DNA from: Gammaproteobacteria bacterium
GTDB taxonomy: Bacteria > Pseudomonadota > Gammaproteobacteria > QZLD01
Assembly (NCBI GenBank): GCA_004796365.1
Contig: QZLE01000162.1
Location: 1-54,275, forward strand
Direction of reading: 5' to 3'
Length of the DNA: 54,275 nt
The position numbers and the translations under genes were made by a program. Numbering within the stretch: position 1 is the first letter of the stretch; each line of letters opens with the position of its first letter. The notes under the pieces are model-generated. The model did not search any database. It was not told the origin of the DNA and was given only the letters and a program-made list of their open reading frames with translations. This document shows positions 22,023 to 31,500 of this stretch, in pieces.

Positions 22023-22205
22023 AGTTTTCTCCTAAGTAATCTATTTTAAATATAGAACACACAGGTAGACAATTTAATATTACTTAAAACGTAATGAGCG
22101 CAGCTTACTCTAAGCGCAATAAGCTAAAAAGATGTTGAGCTTACACACAATAAGCGACTAATTTTTTTACAGTTTGCAGCAATGAATAGGCAAGCATAAT
22201 AGTTT

Positions 22206-23357
22206 TTAGAAGCTATAAATAAACTGCAGCATAAACATATCCCAGTATCTATCAAAACTATTTCCTTTATCCGGATTATCTGCTTGCTCTATCATATCGG
22301 CAGAACCACCTTCGATGTTGTGATATTCAGCTTTGATTAAAATACTATGTGTTGGACGCCAGTTAGCACCAATTACATGGGAATTAGTGTAATTATTGTC
22401 TGTTTTACCATTAGAAGTGATATCGTATTTATGGTCATTTCTGATAAACGCACTGAATCTGGCATTAAACATCTTTTCTAACTGAACGTAATAAGCATCG
22501 GAAATGTTTTCATATTCAAATACATTTTCAAATAATCCTGACGAGGTATTTTTGCCACTATAATTCCTGCGTTGATATTCCGCTGTAACAGTCCATGTAT
22601 TAAGATTTAAGCCTGCTGAGAATATATCATAAGAACGTGGACCTTTGTTCACAGAGTTAGGACGGTAGGTTTCATAATCAACCTTTAACCTAGACATGCC
22701 AGCAAAGAACATGTTTTCAGGGGAGTTATACATCACCTTCCACGCAATAAAATTAAGGTCAGGCACATATGAGTCATCTGTATCTAATAGCTTATTGACT
22801 GACATTCTTACCTTGCCTACCTGTGCCTTTGCATTAACCGATCCCAATGGATTTAAATGGTTGAATTCAAGTGCCGCACCTTTGGAGCGCATTAAGCTGT
22901 TTCTAATCCGTTCTGGATAAATTACCTGCGGAAGAACCACACCAGAGTAGGTAGAAGGAATATCTCTTGTTTCATTATAGATTCCCATTGGGATTTTTAG
23001 AAAACCTGCTCTCAAATCTAGCTCGGTTGATCCATTGGCAAACAGATCTACTCCAACCAAGGCATAATCAAGGGCTAAATCCTCCTCGTTAACATACAAA
23101 TCACCGTAGTTACGTGAAATAAGCTGTGTTGAGAAGTAGATACCAGGGTCAGGGGACCAAAGGAAGTTAACCGCTCCCATACTGGAATCAAAACTACCGC
23201 TGGTACTATCGCCCAGGAAGTTATTGCCGGACGATATGGAGAAGCCCTGACTTAGGAAGCCGTGTACCTTAACTTGCCCCAAATCAACTGACGAAGCGCT
23301 TGTAGAGATGATTACAAGAAGCAGCACTGCAAGTACTCTCAAGCTCATCACCGTCAT
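22206..23357 (-). CDS. Putative outer-membrane beta-barrel/porin
   Basis: Signal peptide, HGFLSQG start, LDYA...RAG..KIPMGIYNETRD motif, alternating beta strands, C-terminal Phe (FIYSF). Start uncertain (23348/23357/23381). Confidence 0.72.
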   Translation of the reverse strand: MTVMSLRVLAVLLLVIISTSASSVDLGQVKVHGFLSQGFSISSGNNFLGDSTSGSFDSSMGAVNFLWSPDPGIYFSTQLISRNYGDLYVNEEDLALDYALVGVDLFANGSTELDLRAGFLKIPMGIYNETRDIPSTYSGVVLPQVIYPERIRNSLMRSKGAALEFNHLNPLGSVNAKAQVGKVRMSVNKLLDTDDSYVPDLNFIAWKVMYNSPENMFFAGMSRLKVDYETYRPNSVNKGPRSYDIFSAGLNLNTWTVTAEYQRRNYSGKNTSSGLFENVFEYENISDAYYVQLEKMFNARFSAFIRNDHKYDITSNGKTDNNYTNSHVIGANWRPTHSILIKAEYHNIEGGSADMIEQADNPDKGNSFDRYWDMFMLQFIYSF

Positions 23358-23361
23358 GATA

Positions 23362-23808
23362 TTAGTTAATCTGGAGAACATTTATCTCATCTCCTTTTTT
23401 AACTGATTCAAGATAGCCAATGGCCCCCGGTGTTGAACTAACTGCTTTTATCATCTCCTCTCTGTTATTTACGAATATTGGACCTTCTCCACCACCTGAA
23501 TAGATCACCATATCCCATACCCGCTTAAAATTAATCGGGTAAATATTCATTTGGGAACACACATCAATAAATATTGTGTTGTCATAGTTATAAGTAACTA
23601 GTTTTACGGGAGTACCATCTGGCCATCGGCGCATTCTGCTGGTGAAGATAGCGCGCAGGTTAAACTGTGATATGGCCTGTTGTTGGGTATGATGGTTAAA
23701 GATATAGTCGACAGCAAAAGCGGTTCGAGAAAAGGAAAAGGATAGCACTAGCAGCAGCTGTACCAGCAAAAGCCTGAATCTCTTTTTTACCTTTTTAGCC
23801 GTGAGCAT
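23362..23808 (-). CDS. Small exported protein, PBP/phosphate-binding-like family
   Basis: Signal peptide; LRAIFTSRMRRWPDG, W..VIYSGGG..P, VSSTPGAIGY motifs; co-oriented with and abutting the porin gene. Confidence 0.72.
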   Translation of the reverse strand: MLTAKKVKKRFRLLLVQLLLVLSFSFSRTAFAVDYIFNHHTQQQAISQFNLRAIFTSRMRRWPDGTPVKLVTYNYDNTIFIDVCSQMNIYPINFKRVWDMVIYSGGGEGPIFVNNREEMIKAVSSTPGAIGYLESVKKGDEINVLQIN

Positions 23809-23896
23809 TAATTGTGATTAGACCTATTCGTATTTCTATAAACTTACACCCATATTGAAAGCCCATAATAATACATAATGTGATTTATGATAAGAG

Positions 23897-23930
23897 AAAA
23901 ATAAAGGGGCCGTAAGGCCCCTTTATTTTT
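23897..23930. terminator. Rho-independent terminator downstream of protease 1
   Basis: AAAAATAAAGGGGCC-GTAA-GGCCCCTTTATTTTT perfect hairpin with A/T tails. Confidence 0.9.
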
Positions 23931-23957
23931 TAAGGTTATAACACAATTAACATATAT

Positions 23958-26900
23958 TTACTGACAGCTGGAAACCTTGACCCAGTTTCCAGGCTGCCCC
24001 TCTTGCATCACAGACGTAGTATCAGCTGCCTGCCCCAAGTAATCATCACTACCACTTGCATAGTAAAGCACATTGTACTGCAGATAAGCTCTACCAGCTG
24101 CTTCATGATTAGCATTGGTATCAGTAAAGCATAGTTCTTCCTGCTGTTCTGGGCGAGTAATCGTAAACTGCTCAATATTCGACTTAGCTTCTTGCGAGTC
24201 ATATGCAACCAACGATACGCCAAACGGAGACCCTACTGAGATGCCATGCACTGAGTAATCCAATACACAAGTAAAGTTGGTTGTACCTTCGCATACAATT
24301 CCAGTTAAAGCTCCTAGCCCAAGTACTACACGATCAATATCATCATTAACATCAGATGCTACACCTGTAACCACTGCACGGTTGTAATTAAGCTCTGAAA
24401 TCTCATACGACTCAATCACTGGTGGCTGTGGATCAACTGGGCATGATCCCTGAACATAGTTACCTGAACCTACCGGATCTTCTTTCAGACTAACTACAAT
24501 GCTGCCATCTTTACCCAGTTCTTCTCCAGAACCCTGTGCGTACCAAGTTGTTACCTCAGTACCGCCGTAGCAGAAAGTGCCCCAGCAGGTTTCGCCTTCC
24601 ATATTGGTCTCAGAGTAAGCTCTGCCAGCTGATTCGTGCCCAGTAAGAGTTGCTGAGAAATCAGAACACGCTGCAGGTAGTACTTCAACTGTTGTTACTT
24701 GTACTACCCCGTTTTCTTCTGAATCAAGAGCCCAAACTCTAACTTGTTGAAGGCCTGGCTGAACGTTATTTACAGTAAGGCTAAAGTTTTCAGTGCCGTT
24801 TGCTAATTTCCATTCTCCATGACCACCTATGCCAATCATAATCCTGGAAAGATCACCATCAATATCGGATGCTGTGCCTGTTACTGTAACGGTTTGCTCA
24901 CCACCAACAGCATTAATAGTGTCGATAACAGGAGGGTTCATACCAATTGAAAATGAAAGAGATTTATACTCACTCCAATTGTATTCTGCATCAATTGCAT
25001 ATGCTCTAACAATATAATCACCCTTCTCCAGATCAGGAAAGGTATATGTCCAATCGTAGGTACCTTCAGCAATTATGCCTGAGTACACCGTATTTCCAGT
25101 TTCAAGTGAAAGATTAATTATTTCTAGATCACCATTAGCATCAGATGCTGTTCCATAAACTGTCGCACTGTTACCATTTACATTTATGTTAATTGATTCA
25201 ATCTTGGTATCCCAAACTCTTGCACCTGAAATACTATATTTATTGCCATGTCGATCAGACTGCAAGCCAGTTGAATCAGTTATGCGGATATAAACGTTGT
25301 AGTTTGCAGGACCAATGTCTTCATAGGTATATGACCACTCTTCAGTACCATCGACTACAACCCATTCGGTTTCGTTGTGATGAAGTTTTATCTCGATCTT
25401 TTCTATATTACTATCGGCGTCATATGCTGTACCTGAAACTGTCAAAGTTCTTGGGCCTGGGATAGCAGTTTTGCTGGTAATGACCGGTGTAGCACCATCA
25501 ACAACCGTTACAGTTTGTACCCAAATGGTCTCGTTTCCAGATATATCATAAAGACGATAGGTTATTTCATAATCACCAACAGTTGATGTATCAACAGTGC
25601 CAGACACTTCGCGAATTGGATTCGGATCTAGATCATCAACAGGGTATGCACAATCCATTCTTACATCCCCAGGATCGGAATTAAGCTCCACAGATACATT
25701 CTGGTCACAATATAGTCTGGCATCAGGAGGGGTAACATCTTCGATAACCTTAACCAGGGCTTTAACCTCATCAGTGTAACCTTCGCTATCGGTAACAGTG
25801 AAGATAACCTCATAATCACCAGCAATACTATAATCAGCTGGGTTTTCAACTGAAATGCTATCTTCCCATAAGTGCCCATCTACATGGTCGATTGCTATTG
25901 GGTTATAAGGTGTATATACCGGATGACCTTCTTTCTCATCACGGCGATAGGTTTTGAAAATGCGGAAATAATCTTCACTTGCCTCATTGTCGGTCAAGAA
26001 CAACGGAGAATTCTGGTCAAGAACCACCACATGCCTATACATTGCATAAGATGACTCATAGAGATTTCCGTCAAGGTCTGTAACCTCATAGAATACATCA
26101 CTTCTGTTACCTATCTGATCCAGATTGTCCAAAACTGTTCCATAATAGGTAACTCTATCGCTGATATCACCGTCAAGAACATCCCACCCGATATATCCAG
26201 GGTCAACATATGGCTGGTTAACTACAGTAGTAGAATATCCGGAACAACCATATAAGAAATTACATGCATGACCAAGAAGGATTAGCTTAGGTTGTGGATC
26301 TTCAACAACATGCACCAACCGCGTTTCGATAGTTTCATTTCCTGCTGAATCAGTTACTCGGTATTCAACGATATAGTTACCTACAGCACTGGTATTAACA
26401 GCATTAGTCACCTGAATACTGGAAGTAAGGTCACCGTCTTCTACATCATTTGCAGTTGCATTCTCAGGAGTATATGAACCACCCAGACGAACATATTCTT
26501 CCACCTTACCTTGCAATGTGATTGCTGGAGGAATATCCAACGCGCCATCACAAGAGCCATCGGTTACGAAATAGTCTGGAGTTTTCTCAGTAAGAGTTAC
26601 ATTTGTAGCTGTAAATGAATAACCAATCTGCTCATTGGAGCCATTGGCACAAATATACCAGGCATTACAAGTATGGGCACGACCTGCATCACGGTGTTGC
26701 GCAGGAGTTGCAGTAAAGCTATCGCAAGATGCTTTCAGGCTGTTTAGTGCATCAAATGCATTAAGCATTCCATTAGATCTTACAAGACCAACAAGATTGT
26801 CATTAGGAGTTGCAGTATTCATAAGAATAGACTTTATCGCCACATGGTCTAGTTGCGGAGCCTCTGCTTTCATTAAAGCCGCTACACCAGCTACATGAGG

Positions 26901-28187
26901 TGTCGCCATTGAAGTGCCCCCGTAAAATCCATATTGTTCTCCAGGAAGCGTGCTTTTGGTATGTACCCCAGGTGCTGCAATATCGGTGTGGTGATAGCCG
27001 CGGTTGGAGAAGTCAGCCAACACGCCCTGATGGTTAATTGCAGCTACGCTGATAATATTTGGGAGGTTAAGGCTTGCCGGAACAGCAAAACTGTACTCAT
27101 CCAGGTTGGTATATTCATTACCTGCTGCTGCGGCAAATACCATTCCGGAATTACCAGCTGCCTCAATAGCATCACTGTATGCAGCGGTTATAAGTTCTGC
27201 AATAACCGCATCAGATAAGTTCATTCCATAGCTATTATTTGAAACAGCAGCACCATTATCAGCAGCATAGAGAATGCCCTCAATAATATCTGAGGTAAAA
27301 CCACCACCATTCTCATCAAGGATCTTTACCCCCATTAGCTGAGCTGACCAGGCGACACCAACAATGCCACCATCATTTGCGGAAGCTGCGATTGTACCGG
27401 CGCAGTGGGTTCCATGACCTAAATCATCCATTGGATCACCATCACGGTTAACAAAGTCATAACCGTGAACATCATCAATATATCCATTACCATCATCATC
27501 AATACCGTTACCTGCAATCTCCCCCGGGTTAGTCCAGATATTTTTACTTAGATCGGAGTGGTTATAATCAATACCTGAGTCGATAACAGCAACCACAATC
27601 TCACTTGCATCAGTTCGAATATCCCATGCTTCTGGTGCGTTAATATCAATTCCTGCAACAGGCTCAACAGTTTCAATTACATTTCCATTTTCGTCAGTGA
27701 TATCGAATGATTGGCCTGTATTATTAAGCCCCCAAAGCTGATCATTTAATTCGCTTGAGGTAGTAGCCTGAGCCTTTAATCTAAGATTTGGAACTACATA
27801 CTCTACATTTGGATCCTGTTGCAATAGAGAAAACATATCGCTTAAGCTTTGCCCCTTTTCAAAACTAACAACCTTCCATTGCGAGAAAAGCTGGGCTTGC
27901 GCCGCCAACTTTTTCATTGGCTTAAAGAAAGACTTGATATTTTCAATTACGTTAGATTGCATGGTTGGCACAGCAAAGTTTGCTGATACTTCTTTGAATT
28001 TAACCAAAAGCTGATTAGCTTTAATATCACCTTTTTTAGCAAGCTCATCCAAATCAAGTTTGAATTTATTTATTTCAGCCATAGAAGGGTTAGTAGGGAT
28101 TACAGGTTTGGTGATATTTCCTGGTTGTCCTGCGAAAACATTGCTCAGGTAAAAAGCAAAAAGGAATAAAACGAGTATACGTCTCAT
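23958..28187 (-). CDS. Secreted S8 (subtilisin-like) serine protease 1 with DUF5011/Ig-like repeats and three PHB-depolymerase-type binding-like modules
   Basis: GGAG RBS + ATG 28187, signal peptide MRRILVLFLFAFYLSNVFA, propeptide, triad VIDSG / HGTHCAGTI / GTSMATPHVAG; ATANDVEDGDLT...YRVTDSAGN (DUF5011-like); H..AGRA modules. Confidence 0.92.
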   Translation of the reverse strand: MRRILVLFLFAFYLSNVFAGQPGNITKPVIPTNPSMAEINKFKLDLDELAKKGDIKANQLLVKFKEVSANFAVPTMQSNVIENIKSFFKPMKKLAAQAQLFSQWKVVSFEKGQSLSDMFSLLQQDPNVEYVVPNLRLKAQATTSSELNDQLWGLNNTGQSFDITDENGNVIETVEPVAGIDINAPEAWDIRTDASEIVVAVIDSGIDYNHSDLSKNIWTNPGEIAGNGIDDDGNGYIDDVHGYDFVNRDGDPMDDLGHGTHCAGTIAASANDGGIVGVAWSAQLMGVKILDENGGGFTSDIIEGILYAADNGAAVSNNSYGMNLSDAVIAELITAAYSDAIEAAGNSGMVFAAAAGNEYTNLDEYSFAVPASLNLPNIISVAAINHQGVLADFSNRGYHHTDIAAPGVHTKSTLPGEQYGFYGGTSMATPHVAGVAALMKAEAPQLDHVAIKSILMNTATPNDNLVGLVRSNGMLNAFDALNSLKASCDSFTATPAQHRDAGRAHTCNAWYICANGSNEQIGYSFTATNVTLTEKTPDYFVTDGSCDGALDIPPAITLQGKVEEYVRLGGSYTPENATANDVEDGDLTSSIQVTNAVNTSAVGNYIVEYRVTDSAGNETIETRLVHVVEDPQPKLILLGHACNFLYGCSGYSTTVVNQPYVDPGYIGWDVLDGDISDRVTYYGTVLDNLDQIGNRSDVFYEVTDLDGNLYESSYAMYRHVVVLDQNSPLFLTDNEASEDYFRIFKTYRRDEKEGHPVYTPYNPIAIDHVDGHLWEDSISVENPADYSIAGDYEVIFTVTDSEGYTDEVKALVKVIEDVTPPDARLYCDQNVSVELNSDPGDVRMDCAYPVDDLDPNPIREVSGTVDTSTVGDYEITYRLYDISGNETIWVQTVTVVDGATPVITSKTAIPGPRTLTVSGTAYDADSNIEKIEIKLHHNETEWVVVDGTEEWSYTYEDIGPANYNVYIRITDSTGLQSDRHGNKYSISGARVWDTKIESININVNGNSATVYGTASDANGDLEIINLSLETGNTVYSGIIAEGTYDWTYTFPDLEKGDYIVRAYAIDAEYNWSEYKSLSFSIGMNPPVIDTINAVGGEQTVTVTGTASDIDGDLSRIMIGIGGHGEWKLANGTENFSLTVNNVQPGLQQVRVWALDSEENGVVQVTTVEVLPAACSDFSATLTGHESAGRAYSETNMEGETCWGTFCYGGTEVTTWYAQGSGEELGKDGSIVVSLKEDPVGSGNYVQGSCPVDPQPPVIESYEISELNYNRAVVTGVASDVNDDIDRVVLGLGALTGIVCEGTTNFTCVLDYSVHGISVGSPFGVSLVAYDSQEAKSNIEQFTITRPEQQEELCFTDTNANHEAAGRAYLQYNVLYYASGSDDYLGQAADTTSVMQEGQPGNWVKVSSCQ

Positions 28188-28361
28188 GTTTGTCTCCAGA
28201 TTATGTATTATATCAAGACAGGGGTTATGTCCTGAAAAAGTTCGTGTCCAAATAAACCAAAAAGTGTCCGTTCTTAATGGATTGACCATTTATTAGCAAC
28301 TTTAAAATCAACCTCCAGGCATGTCCAAGTCCTGGAAACTGCAAAAAGTAAACCACAGCAC

Positions 28362-28383
28362 AATGTGAACTGCATCACATTTT
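28362..28383. promoter_or_regulatory. CRP-type palindromic site upstream of protease 1
   Basis: AATGTGAACTGCATCACATTTT = TGTGA-N6-TCACA with consensus flanks. Confidence 0.7.
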
Positions 28384-28501
28384 TACTGTATCGAATTCTA
28401 ATGACGAATAATCTTTTGTCAACATATCTATCGGTTTTTTAACTGAAATTTAATATATTTTTACAAGCCAGTTAGAGAAATTCTATCTATTTAAGGCGCA
28501 T

Positions 28502-28533
28502 AAAAAAACAGGGCTGCAAAGCAACCCTGTTAT
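28502..28533 (-). terminator. Rho-independent terminator downstream of protease 2
   Basis: Minus strand AACAGGGTTGC-TTT-GCAGCCCTGTT followed by a T run. Confidence 0.85.
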
Positions 28534-28578
28534 TAGCTTGGTTTATTACCTACCCAAGACCACAATAGCTTTATTTAT

Positions 28579-31500
28579 CTATGGGCAGCTGGATACCTTT
28601 ACCCAGTTTCCAGGTTGACCTTGCTGCTCCAAAGATGTTGTATCCCCATCCATTCCAAGGTAGTCACCAGAACCAAGAGCATACACAAGAACATTGTATC
28701 TCATCTCTGCACGGCCAGCACTAACATGCTCACTGTTAGTAGCTGTAAAGCAGGTTTGAATAACTTCTTCCCATACTACTGTGAACTCAGCAGAGTCAGC
28801 TACATTTTCAGCAAGGTCAATTGCACGAACCTTCCAAGTCATTGTTGCGTAGTCGGTTCCCTGAAGCTGCATATCGCATCTGAACTGATCACCTCCAGTG
28901 TTATTACATTCAACCACACCGATGTCATCAATTCTGTATAGGAATACCCTGTCAAGATCATCATCAACATCAGAGACAGTTACGGTAACAACCTCAACTG
29001 TTCCTTCTCTTACTTGCTGAATATTGCTTATTACCGGTGGCACAGATGCCTGTTGCTCCGGACGAACAAGGGTGAAATGTTCAATATTTGAGTATTCACC
29101 ACGCAGATCGCGTGCTGATACATGCACTGAAAGTTCTGCACCTACCTCAAAGCCAAACTCTTCATAATCTAGGGTACAAGTAAAGCTTTCTTTCCCTTCA
29201 CACAGAACTCCACTAACGGCACCAAGACCAAGAACCACATAATCGATATCATTATTCGGGTCTGAAGCAACACCAGTTACTACAGCCTGGTAGTAGCTAT
29301 TTTCAACAATCTGGTACGACTCAATTACCGGAGGCATTGGCAGATCCGGGCATTCTCCTTGCTCATAGTTACCTGATCCAACTGGATTTTCTATTAGAGT
29401 CACAACGGTGCTACCATCTTTGCCAAGCTCTTCACCTGATCCTTGCGCGTACCATGTTGTTACTTCAGTACCGCCGTAGCAGAAGGTACCCCAGCAAGTT
29501 TGCCCCTCAATTGTGGTTTCAGAATAAGCTCTTCCAGCAGATTCGTGTTGCGCAAGTGTAGCTGTAAACTCGGCACATGAAGCAGGTAATACTTCAACTG
29601 TAGTTTCTTCTACAGTTCCGTTATCTTCAGCATCCAGCGCCCAGATTCTTACCTGCTTAGTTCCTGGTGCAATACCTGTTACGGTTAGACTGAAGTTTTC
29701 GGTGCCATTAGCAATGTGCCATTCCGGACTATCACCGATACCGATAAGGATTCTGGCAAGATCGCCATCAGGATCTGAAGCACTACCAGTAACCGTTACT
29801 GATAGCTCACCACCTACAACATCAAAGGCGTCAATCACTGGCTGGTTAAATCCAACTCTTGCAGTAATAGTTTCCTTGGGGCTGATATTTCCTGCAGCAT
29901 CATATGCATACACATTAATATCGTAAGAACCCTTACCCATATCCTCGAAAGTATATGTCCAGTTATAGGTGCCATCAGCTACAATATCTTGATGCATAAT
30001 GCCATCAATTACAATTGAGAGCTGTACCCTATCAAGATCACCAGTTGCATCACTAGCTGTTCCAGAAACTATGATATCTTTACCTACTATTTCAACATTT
30101 ACGGTTTCAATCTTAGGATCCCAAACTAGAATTTCACGGACTGTCCCGATACCTTTATATGGGTTTGAAACCAGGCCTGTAGAATCAGTAACACGCGCTC
30201 TTGCGGTATAACCATAGACATCCGGCTCAACGTCATTAATTGTAACTGACCACTCTTCGGTACCGTCAACTTCTACCCAATCATTCCAACCTTCAACTCG
30301 ATGAACGAGAACCTCAACCTTTTCAATATTGTTGTCAGGATCATAAGCAGTTCCTGAGATAGTTATGGATCGCGGACCACCTTCAGCAACCATGCTGGTA
30401 AGAGATGGGGTTGATCCATCAACTACAGTCACATCCATTGTCCAGGTATCTGAGTTACCAGAAAAGTCAGTAACTGTGTACACAACTTGATATTCACCTG
30501 GTGTTGTAATATCAACATTGCTTACAAATTCTCTGGTTGGATATGGATCCAATTCATCGTCTGCAATAATGCAGAATTTGGTTGCTTCCCAATCAGAATT
30601 CAGTTCGACAATCTTGTGCTGATCACACTGAGGTTTGATTTCAGGTGGTGTTATATCTTCAATAACCTGAACCAGAGAGTAAACCTGATCAGTATAACCA
30701 TCACTGTCTGTTGCAGTAAATGTAACCAGATAATCTCCAGCTACAGAATAATCAACGGGATTATCAATAGTGAAGTTATCTTCGCTCAAAGTACCATCAA
30801 CATGATCAACTGCGTCTGGAGCATTTGCAAAGTACTCTGGGTGGTCACCTCCAGGATTTACAGAGCCATTATCACGGCGATAAGTTTGAAATGTGTGATA
30901 ATATTCACCACCCTCAACGCTTGTGATTAGCGGGTTATCATGGTGTACTACATAGACATATCTGAAGTATCCTTCTTCTTTATAATATGTGCCTTCAAGA
31001 TCAATTAGTTCATAGTGAACCATACCTCTGTTGCCAATTGCGTCCAACTTATTCAGAACATCACCTGTTGTAGTAACACGATCAGTAAGATCACCTTGAA
31101 GTATGTCATAAGCGATATAACCAGGCTCAGCAAACTCAGTGTTGACAACAACTGTCATTGGCCAACAAGGACCAATAAACAGACAGTAAGGATCATTAAG
31201 CACAATGCTTGGCGTGGAGCTGGCGCGAACATGAATCAGTCTGGTTTCAATTGCTGAGTTACCTGATGCATCAGTTACCGAATATTTAATAATATAATCG
31301 CCAGCAACAGAGGTATCTACCTCACCCTGAATCTGAACCTGAGCAGTTAAATCACCATCTTCAGCATCTGTGGCTGTAAAGCCTGGTGCATTATAGGCAG
31401 CGCCAACTCTTACAAATTCTTCAACCAAACCTTCAAGTGTGATTACAGGTGGAACGTCCAAAGCTGCATCACAAGATCCGTCATTTACAAAATATCCAGG

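Noticed and set aside
28188-28289. 34-aa N-terminal extensions on both protease ORFs (also 33169-33270) as possible leader peptides
   Set aside because: The two extensions are not clearly similar; the RBS and signal peptides support the downstream ATGs; equal length appears coincidental.
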